NCBI GenBank assembly: GCA_032718475.1
Contig: JAUCBJ010007766.1
Span: 1 to 32,183, forward strand
Length of the DNA stretch: 32,183 nucleotides
Direction: 5' to 3'
Origin: Nemertoderma westbladi
Taxonomy: Eukaryota > Animalia > Xenacoelomorpha
Part shown: in pieces, positions 10,214-20,600 of the stretch
How positions within the stretch are numbered: the stretch's first letter is position 1
Layout: every line of letters begins with the position of its first letter
Made by a program: the position numbers and the translations under genes
Notes under the pieces: model-generated
Told to the model about the DNA's origin: nothing
Database searches by the model: none
What the model saw: only the letters and a program-made list of their open reading frames with translations

Positions 10214-12068
10214 AATTATGCAGTGCTCCTAGGTCACTCCTACCAAATTTCAGATGGAATCTGATGGTTGGTTTTACAATTACACAGCTACAGTACCTTT
10301 ACGATTCTGTCAATTCGCCCCCCCTCCCCCCCTAGCGGCAGACAGGGGAACTTTAAAGTCTGTCTGAATTTAGAATTTCTAAATAAGCAATGCTTGTAGG
10401 TGTAGGTCACTCTTACCAAATTTCAAGAAGATATATCAACCATACATAAAATTATGTTCAAACAAAAATAATGCATTATTAAAACTTGTATTATTTTAGT
10501 TTGGTTAACTGTGGTAATTACATTGCAAGTCTTACAATTCATGTTACTATTCATGTCATTTGGTGAGAAAGTTTGACTGGCCCATTTGATTCAAAATTGA
10601 TTTATTAAATTAAATGAACGGGAAAAGGGCCACCTTTACTATCATAAAGAATGAGATGATTTACATTAGGGCCACAAATATACATCATTTACAGTGGCCC
10701 ATTTGCATCCAAATTGATCTTACCAATAAACTGAGCTGAAAAAGGGCCAGAATGAAATACAATGAGCTTAACAGCATTAGGGCCATACTGTAGCGCCATG
10801 GAGATATTTATGGACAAGGCTCTTTAGAGCTAGAACATAGTAACGAATAACGAACATAAGAACTATAAAAGTCCGTCTAGGCATAGAATTTATAATTATG
10901 CAATTCTCTTTGTTCACTCCTACCAAATTTCAGATGGAATCTGATGGTTGGTTCTATAATTACACAGCTACTTCTACGATTCTGTCAATTCGCCCCCCTA
11001 GCGGCAGACAGGGGAACTTTAAAGTCTGACTGAATTTAGAATTTCTAAATAAGCAATGCTTGTAGGTGTAGGTCACTCTTACCAAATTTCAAGAAGATAT
11101 ATCAACCATACATAAAATATGTTCAAACAAAAATAATGCTTATTATTTTTACTTTTATTATTTTAGTTTGGTTAACTGTGGTAATTACATTGCAAGTCTT
11201 ACAATTCATGTTACTATTCATGTCATTTTTTGAGAAAGTTTGACTGGCCCATTTGTTTCAAAATTGATTTATTAAATTAAATGAACGGGAAAAGGGCCAC
11301 CTTTACTATCATAAAGAATGAGATGATTTACATTAGGGCCACAAATATACATCATTTACAGTGGCCTTTTGCATCCAAATTGATCTTACCAATAAACTGA
11401 GCTGAAAAAGGGCCAGAATGAAATACAATGAGCTTAACAGCATTAGGGCCATACTGTAGCGCCATGGAGATATTTATGGACAAGGCTCTTTAGAGCTAGA
11501 ACATAGTAACGAATAACGACCATAAGAACTATAAAAGTCCGTCTAGGCATAGAATTTATAATTATGCAATTCTCCTTGTTCACTCCTACCAAATTTCAGA
11601 TGGAATCTGATGGTTGGTTCTATAATTACACAGCTACTTCTACGATTCTGTCAATTCGCCCCCCTAGCGGCAGACAGGGGAACTTTAAAGTCTGTCTGAA
11701 TTTAGTATTTCTAAATAAGCAGTGGTTGTAGGTGTAGGTCACTCTTACCAAATTTCAAGAAGATATATCAACCATACATAAAATAAGTTCAAACAAAAAT
11801 AATGCTTATTATTTTTACTTTTATTATTTTAGTTTGGTTAACTGTGGTAATTACATTGCAAGTCTTACAATTCATGTTACTATTCATGTCATTTTTTGAG
11901 AAAGTTTGACTGGCCCATTTGTTTCAAAAGTGATTTATTAAATTAAATGAACGGGAAAAGGGCCACCTTTACTATCATAAAGAATGAGATGATTTACATT
12001 AGGGCCACAAATATACATCATTTACAGTGGCCCATTTGCATCCAAATTGATCTTACAAATAAACTGAA
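10214..12068. repeat. Tandem array, ~666-680 bp unit, ~2.8 near-identical copies
   Basis: TACCAAATTTCAGATGGAATCTGATGGTTGG starts at 10241, 10921 and 11587, and the sequence between is colinear. Confidence 0.95.
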
Positions 12069-13881
12069 CTGTAAGAATGAAGAGAAATAAGATAGGGCCA
12101 TTGAGTTATATAGGTACACTATACCTACATATCTCACTATATAGATATATAAGTTGGCCCTTTCGCTCGTTTTTTCATCTTTATGTATGTATATTAAAAT
12201 GGTATATGTAGGAACATATATACACGAGATATGTAGATATACTAATGGCCCTTTTTACTTCCATTCAGTGTTATATAGGTACATAATACCCTTCATTTCA
12301 AAGATACATATCTATGGCCCTTTAGGCCGAACGTACATATATATATATCTATATTTAGTATTCCATGCATAAGCCAATAGTGAAGCAGCAGCCCCGACGT
12401 CCCATTGGTCAGCGCCGCAACCACAAATCCCTCTCGAACTAATAGCAGCTTTTACCCCTTTAATTACAATTTATAGTTTAGTTACATGGGTCTCTCAAAC
12501 CCGAGGGACTGCTTTAATGGAATTTGTAGGTATTTGTTTGTATTATTGACGGCATATTGTATCTCAGTGGAGCTATCAGTTGATTCAGACTTGTACTATT
12601 ACTGGTAACTGTTCATTACTTATGATATTTCTATTATACATGGAAGCAGGAACAAGAAGCTAGTTTTTCCCAAGATCCGGACCAAAACATCCGTCCCTAC
12701 AAAACCAGTGAAAACAAGCTCCCCCACATGGTAGCCAGCTGTCCATGTACCTCAAGATCTAGCCAACTATCCCGACAACACATCAAACCCATAATCCATC
12801 AAGAACCTGCTTCAAACAAAACTATTGCATATAAAACGCAACAGAAAACACCACGAATGCTGTTCGCGCTTTCAGACCTTTAGCAGTTTAACCTGCCAAT
12901 TTTAGGTGTCCTCTTGTTTATAAATCGACTTTAGCCTATAACAAGTATTTAGTGCACATAAAAGTTACATTAGCCGACGCCAGTCTATGCGCGATCATTC
13001 ACCCACTGTTAAGGGAGACTGGATTCGGGTGCTTTGAAGTGATTGCGGTGCAGACCTACTGTATTATTCGATTGATCGTTACTATATAATCTCTGACAAA
13101 TATATTTACTTTCGGGGAAATATTAACAGTTCCTTTAGGACGTGGCGCTTTAAGTATATAAACAGAGTTATGACTTATACTAAACACAACGAGATGGCCA
13201 CAGAGTTTCGTAAATAGCGCATTCTTTAGGAGATGCTTTATTATCTTTCACACTACTGCACACGACTTCACACTACTTCACACTGATCTGCCGACCGTCA
13301 CTGAATTTGATCATATATAAGGAAGATAGCAACTGACACATGTAGGGATTATGAAATAGCATTTAATTCACACAAAAACCACTATAATGTAAGTTGCAGT
13401 TGCTACAGGTAACCGGTCCCTCTTACCTTCAGCAATCAAGAAGATTGGGGGTTTTATGATTATTTATCGGTATTCTCCAAATATAACAACATATCCATCA
13501 ATATACAACAATTAATAACAGACAGTAAACAGAAGTAAAATAATGCGGTGAAAGTAATGTTCCCAGAGTCAGCAATGTTTCAGGTGTCAAATTGCACAGT
13601 ATGGATTGATAATAGATTTACGTTCTTGTAATCAAAGCCATCTAATTTTTGGCCAAAGTCTGAAACTTCTACAGAAGTACAGAAGAATTCTAAGCCGGTG
13701 TTCTGAGGCTCAGAAAAGGTAAACAAAGACCGTAATGCATTGCGCGGTTTTACATAGGCCCTTGTCCAACATAAAGTGAAAATCGCTCTGATTGGCTGAA
13801 CAGAACAAGAGGTTCCACGTTTACAGTAAATCAGCTGACAGATTCCGTCATCTGAGCTCCAGTCTTTTAGAGTATTAGGCG

Positions 13882-13969
13882 CATTGCGGCAAAAAATGAC
13901 TTGTTATGTCCGCTAAAGCACCTACACGGTACATTGCGGGGAAAAATGACTTGTTATGTCCGCAAAAGC
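13882..13969. repeat. Short direct duplication, 50-bp period, 2 copies
   Basis: CATTGCGG..AAAAATGACTTGTTATGTCCGC.AAAGC at 13882 and 13932. Confidence 0.85.
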
Positions 13970-14305
13970 TTTTACAAATGCCTTTATTCAAATGGGAAAG
14001 AAGAACTTCCAAATTGGTCAATGTAAGACAATCCTCAGTGTTGTTGTTGGTATATCTCTAACATTTATGATTAAATAATGAATTAACGTATTATGCAGGG
14101 GTGACAATTTTTCTTTCGGTATTGTATGAACCGGGTTGATGAAGTAAATTGACAAAATAAAACAGTGACAACATCAACATGCAATATTTAGCTTAAATGT
14201 TATATATTTTATACAATTACTGTTTTTGTTACCAGATCACCACAATTAACTGATGTGTTTATATGAAAATATCATGGTCGCAGGTTTACAGGTTTGGGTG
14301 GTCGC

Positions 14306-14611
14306 TTAATATTCTAAGGCTGTTGCGTCACCAGAGCTTAAGATTACAGCGTTGGGTAGGATGTCGGACATGTTGGGTTTACAGGAACAGCTTCCAGCCA
14401 CGGTAAAAAGAGTAGAATCGGTGTATTCTCCGCAAGTAGACATATGGCAGGCTCGGACACTGGCTATATAAGAAGAGCTGTTGGGAAGGTCACTGACAAT
14501 AGCCTCCGGAGTGGAGACACTCCAACCATATTGAAAGGATGAGCTTTCATCTTTGATGAGTAGTTGGTAGGTATTTGGGAGGTCGCCGTTATGTCCAGGT
14601 ACCCAGCTCAC
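14306..14611 (-). CDS. Exon 8: remainder of the fibronectin type III domain, C-terminus and stop
   Basis: TTTTAG|GTG acceptor. VSWVPGHNG...LPNSSSYIASVRAC...GEYT has the FN3 W, L-P-x-x-x-x-Y and VRA hallmarks. TAA ends at 14306. Confidence 0.88.
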   Translation of the reverse strand: MSWVPGHNGDLPNTYQLLIKDESSSFQYGWSVSTPEAIVSDLPNSSSYIASVRACHMSTCGEYTDSTLFTVAGSCSCKPNMSDILPNAVILSSGDATALEY

Positions 14612-17600
14612 CTAAAATAACATATAATGTACAAAATATCATTATTCATTCTTTCGGTATAAGTAAATATAAATTGCTTAGACAAAGAAAAAAGAACCCT
14701 CAAAAACTTATTTATTATTACTTATTTATAGTTATAACTTATACTTATTTATAGTTATTAAAAAATTTAATATTGAAATGTACTAAGGAAATGTACTGAG
14801 TTAGAAGTTATACCTGGATATTTCCATCAGCGAGAGCTATCGCCGACACAGCTTTAGGTGGATCTGGTGCGAAATGATGCCAACAGTATCCGCAAGAAGC
14901 ACGGCATACCGAGAACATAAACCCAGGATTATTTTGGCATTCCCCAATATCTTTCCAGAATCCACAGGCGTTACTTCCATCATCACAAGTTTCTCCCAAA
15001 GCAGCTACACTGACGGATTCCAAATGGAAGTCGTTGAATGTGTACCACATGAAACCACCATTCTGGCAATGTCCTTTAACCCACTAAATTAATACGGGGA
15101 AAATAAAATGTTTAGTTCAACCTGATAAACTACCAATAGAATGATGTGAATTCTTAATTCTAAGTTGACTACTAATGTTAGAATTAAAATGACTAAAATA
15201 TTATTTTGCTGCCAGTTGGTCGTATCTGTAATAATCCTAATTATATTAGGACATGTATTACATATACAGTACTAATAACCCTAAGTGAGACAGGGGGGGG
15301 GGGGTGATATGACTCAAATCCCATATCGTTTCATTGTTAAATTACCAATTTAGGGAAAGGAGCAGGTTACAGTGGCACGTTATTCTAACCAATACATAAT
15401 CTAAAATCAATAGAACTGGTTGCAGTTATATTTTTGTTAGTTTAGTAATAATTAGCTGTTGTGTCGAAACTCATCAAACCAAACTGTGTTTGCATTAGGG
15501 ATGAAAGGAACCAAAACAATAAACGAGAGTTAGGAATATTGTTGGAAACCCAATTTAAGATAAATAAGATTCAACAACCTGAGAATCATTAGTCAGATGA
15601 ATAGGCCTACTGACGTACTGGTACATATAGGCCTACTGTAGGTGTAGGCGATGTGTTTACCCCCATTTCTGCTGGTGATGCGCCTTTACTTGATATACTT
15701 ACAGTTATATCAGGATCTTCTCTACTTTCAAGCTTTATGATTTCATTTTGACATGGGAAGATTCTCTCAGTTAGATCGTAGGCTGCTCTATCATAACTTT
15801 TTAACTCATTTCGAGTGTTGACGAAATTCTTGATGCCATCGCAACTTCCATCAGCATTGCTCGATTCAACGGATTGATCGAAATAGTACATCATATTCTC
15901 TCCCATCCATTCAGCCGGATTCGAAGCTCCTGCAAAGTGTAGAAAACTTTTTTATCACGCCGCATATGATGGAAAATGATAGTTAACACAGTAATTACAG
16001 CACAGTAATTAAAATGAACAGTTTCTTGGCAAATAGTGAGTTTCCAGGATATACTACAACAGGAATTTAGACACAATATTGGTGCATGTTGGACATACAG
16101 TAGATTCAGTTTGTCTAATTTGTCTCTTCTTCCTTACCGTAACAGTTTACCCATAGTGACTTCGATGTCTGCCAAGTATTATCTATATCAGCGTAAAGTT
16201 GAGGGTCGCCTCCCATGACACCGATTAGATGAATACCATGGCCCAGTTCGTGAAGGTAGATGTTATTACCATAGTAAGCATCTTCTGTGTAAGGATAATA
16301 CAGAAGGTTCTCCTCAGCACCAGAACACAGTGGTTCCATCTGCGTTCCTCCCAAACCTGTATATTTATAAATGTAATCCAGTTTAAATTGATCATACTAA
16401 GACACTGATCACAGGCAGAACTTTGGATTTAGGGTTGATCCGAGGCTATTATTTGATTTCGATACACTTTCCGAATAATGGAAGTTTTTGAGGTGATACA
16501 CATATCCTTTGGATGTCTCAAGGGGCCTATATGATGCCCTGTTGGACTGCTAAAGGAGTAATTTGAAGATATTAGGTTATAATCCTCTTGGGTGGTGCGA
16601 GCACATACTTCCATTGAGACTTGAAGATGTGGTGATATGAATATAGTCCAGGAAAGACAGCATGGAAACTCTTTCAGATGCCATCAGGGAAACACGGCAT
16701 CTGTGATGGGATCCCAGTTGGCAAGTGGATCCTGACTGGTGTTTGTCGTATGTCCGTGTCCGCCTAGTGTGATTCAAGGGACTGAAAGGCCGATTGCTGG
16801 TGTAACAATAACACAGAGTTTTGTTTATCGTATTGATAATGTTGTCTGATATATAAGTACCGGTAAAACAGCACGATCAGTATTGCACAATGACAGCAGT
16901 AACAACGACGGTTAAAACCGTTTGACTCCTACACTGGTTAATAGCCAACTGAATCATAATTAACACTGAGTAACAGTTATATAGATATTGCATGGAAGAT
17001 TACACATACTACCTACTTTTTTGACCTACCAATAGATGCGCGCTAATTGATGGTGTGCCACCCCACTATTGATTGGTTTACTCTTTGGCCACTCCCTATC
17101 TCCCCTGGCCCTATGCCAGCTTCTCCCTGAGATGTGTTTGTGTCATCTCCAAGCTGGCATTATTGCCCCTTTCCCTTCTGGTATGCAATACTACTTCTGG
17201 GTGATATTGCATACTTGGTTGTGATTCGTAAATCACAGTTCCCCATTTTCTTACTGGGTGGTGCAGCGAATGGATATGCTAACAACATCAGCATCTGGAG
17301 CAACCTCAATTGACCAATTGATCATGTCAAACTTCGTCCCTGCTGTTCAGTTTTTCCTCTGATGAGTAAGTATTAATCTGCCTTGTGGGGGGTGGGGGGG
17401 GGGGGGGGGGGGCTGGTATCTGGAGGGTTGATATCATCGCATATTTGTATGGTCGAACTTGCTTAGGAGATTTCAGTAGGATCGCTATGAGGGTAGGTTC
17501 AATTTGTATACATCTTAATATAACTAAATCAACTGGATACTAAAAATAGTTTCAAACAGAACATTGTATTTGAGTTTCCTTCAATTAACTATAAAATAAC

Positions 17601-20600
17601 TATTAATACTTCACCTCTAACACCACTATCAGCTCTGTTAATATGTTCAGGCATATCATTAGATGCTTCATCTTTCGACATAATAGCCAGTCTCGCATGT
17701 GAGTTATACATTGCATTTCTGATATCTTGTCTGAAAACAATCCACAAAAAAATTGAACAGATCTACCACCTACCATTGTGAACCAAGTAATGTAAATGAT
17801 CTAACCTTACCTAATAACATCATGAACCAAGTGAAAATGTAACAAGTATAACCTACCTATTTAACATTATGATTATGAACGAAGTAAATTAACAGGTACA
17901 GTAACAATTAACAGTAATAATCTAACATCATGAACCAAGTAATGTAATAGTATAACATACCTATCTACTACTACTAGGATCGGCATGCTGCATTGCAGCT
18001 GCATTTTTAAGAATGCTGTGCCGGCTTGTCGACAAAATTGCGCCGCCACAACTCCCTATCACCCATGACATTTGCTAGATCATCCGTATCTTCAAGGCCA
18101 GTGTCCTTTAAGATGCGTCTCAAGAAAGTCATGGGCTGTCCACCATGCTTATTCACTCCATGAGGCTGCCAAAGTACAAGATTATGCACTGGCTGGTCCT
18201 CACGGCGAAAGCAATGTCCTGCAAAGCGGAGGCGATTTTGTTCTAGTGTCAAGCTTGGGGGAACCAATGAGACACCTCCAATGTTATATAGTGTCTGGTT
18301 GGAGATGTGTGCATTGTACTCGACACAATGAACCCGGCGTAGCATTCTTGTGAATGTGCCATCCAGAGATTTGGTGTCCTCAGCAGTTAGAGCCCAGCAT
18401 GAACTCACATAGAGGAGTACTGGAACTACTGCTGCTCTAAATAATCGGACCTTAAGTTTCCGATTAATTCTCGGTGACTTCCAAATCCTGGAAAGCCTAT
18501 TCAAGGCTGCCCATGCCTTTCCCTTACGTATTCCTATCTAACATCATTTACCAAGTAATGTAACAAGTATAACCTACCTATCTAACCTCATGAACCAAGT
18601 AATGTAACAAGTATAACCTACCTATCTAACGTCATGAACCAAGTAATGTAACAAATATAACCTACCTATCTAACCTCATGAACCAAGTAATGTAACAGGT
18701 ATAACCTACCTATCTAACATCGTGAACCAAGTAATGTAACAGGTATAACCTACCTATCTAACATCATGAACCAAGTAATGTAACAGGTATAACCTACCTA
18801 TCTAACATCATGAACCAAGTAATGTAACAGGCTCTCCGAAGTGCCTCATCCGGAACATTTTCCGAACTGAGTATCGGAATTCCATAGGCGTGAAGGTATT
18901 TCTTATAGAAAGGATCCAAATTCATTTCTGCAACAACCGCGTTGGGAGGTGGAGAAACATGACGGCAGTTGACATTCCTCCAGGCATCGCCCCTGAAATT
19001 AGGTTATCGAATTATAATTACTAATATTACAAAAGAAAAAACAAGTTTCATTATATATATATGGTATATGGTAGAGTAGATGTTCCATTATTAATAGGTA
19101 CTGGGGGGGGGGGGGGGCTGATATTTGCATGGTGCGGTTTCACTTAGTTAGTGTATATTATTTAGCAAATACACGAGCTTTCACGAGCTCACCAATCAAT
19201 AAATCAATCGATACAGAGAAAAGTCCTTCCCCATTCACTAACATAGGCGGATTTGAGGCTGATTGAGAGAATATTACATATTATACACTAACACTATTTA
19301 ATGTTTAATCAATAAGTAATCACAATAATAAATAAAACATCGTTATATTAAACACTTGAATAAATTAAAAACTTTTTGAGAATGGGACATGGCGAATCGC
19401 CTTTGTTATTTTTATTCAGGGTGAACTTAATTTCACCCGCTCAATTAATTAATAACCGAAATAAGAACCAAAATAATCGATACATTTCTTCGTACAGTTG
19501 ACTACCAAGTAGAGCACGTTTTTCATGTAATATATACCATGACACTTTTAGTGTGAACAACCCATTGGTTCCAGGGTGAGGATACCGGTCCTTTCTTACA
19601 GATTGATATTCAGTCAACCTACTGACCTAGCTGTAATTATGGCAGATAACTATAATATCGACAATGAGATTGGTCTACAATAAATTCAAAATTAATCTCC
19701 CAATCCTACGATATTAAACAAGTCTGAAGGTTTATGCAAGAAGAATGTGCCAAATATGTAAAGGATTACTTTATCGAGCTACAAGACGAAGAACTTCTGT
19801 TAAATGCTTAATCTGTAAACGAGGAGCCGATTCAAATTCGTGATGACGGTTCGTGATTCTGAAGGCAACACCATTGTTGGACTATGGAAGCGAGTTCCAG
19901 TGACAGAACAACTCCGCCAATGTGATAACTATGACGACATAACTTTCTCTATGGCACTGAACTCTGTGCTAGTAGCAGAGTATAGCCGAAATGTTGAGAA
20001 TACTACCGCACTGGGTAGGCCTATTGTCCCCAACACCCCACCTCTAACAAAAGCATATATTGCCGGGGTACTATGGTACCCCCTAACAAAGTCGTCTCAG
20101 TAACTCATTCTCCTCACTAGCATCTCGTTCAGAGGAAGAAATCGAACTATGGTTAGTGGAGGATGAGGTTGAAGTTGCCGATGAGTTAGTGGAGGATGAG
20201 GTTGAAGTTGCCGATGAGTTAGTGGAGGATGAGGTTGAAGTTGCCGATGAGTTAGTGGAGGATGAGGTTGAAGTTGGCGATGAGTTAGTGGATGATGAGG
20301 TTGACGAAAACGATTTCAACAATATAATAAAACACTCAACTGAACTTAAAACAATTCCAAAGGGTCCAGTCTGACGTTTCTTTCGAAGGGGCACCTGCAA
20401 ACGTGGGTGTTCTGGCACTGGATGTGCTTACAGATACCCTAAACTTTGCAAAAGGTTTACAGCCAATGATAAATCATTTAGAGGGATGTAAATTTGGGTT
20501 CATCCAGCACATATTTTCATCCTTTCTGTGCAGGACTTCTGTGCATCGCCAACAATGCTTCTCCAAAAGTTGTACCTACTATCACTTGTCTGGTACTAAA

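Noticed and set aside
10991-11006. CTCF-like motif CGCCCCCCTAGCGGCA in the ~670-bp units
   Set aside because: The G run is one base longer than the CTCF core, and the host lineage (and whether it has CTCF) is unknown.
16429-16800. Short ORFs in intron 4 as extra exons or a nested gene
   Set aside because: No recognisable motifs, and exons 4 and 5 splice in phase to give the contiguous RGLGGT motif.
17731-18797. Intron gain by tandem duplication of an AG|GT proto-splice site
   Set aside because: The repeat includes intronic sequence, and exon 4 has its own unrelated acceptor and does not begin with the repeat.
20083-20418. Ser/Thr-rich mucin-like ORF on the minus strand as an extra host exon
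   Set aside because: It is the antisense reading of the 33-bp repeat in the LINE, and exons 2 and 3 already join in phase.
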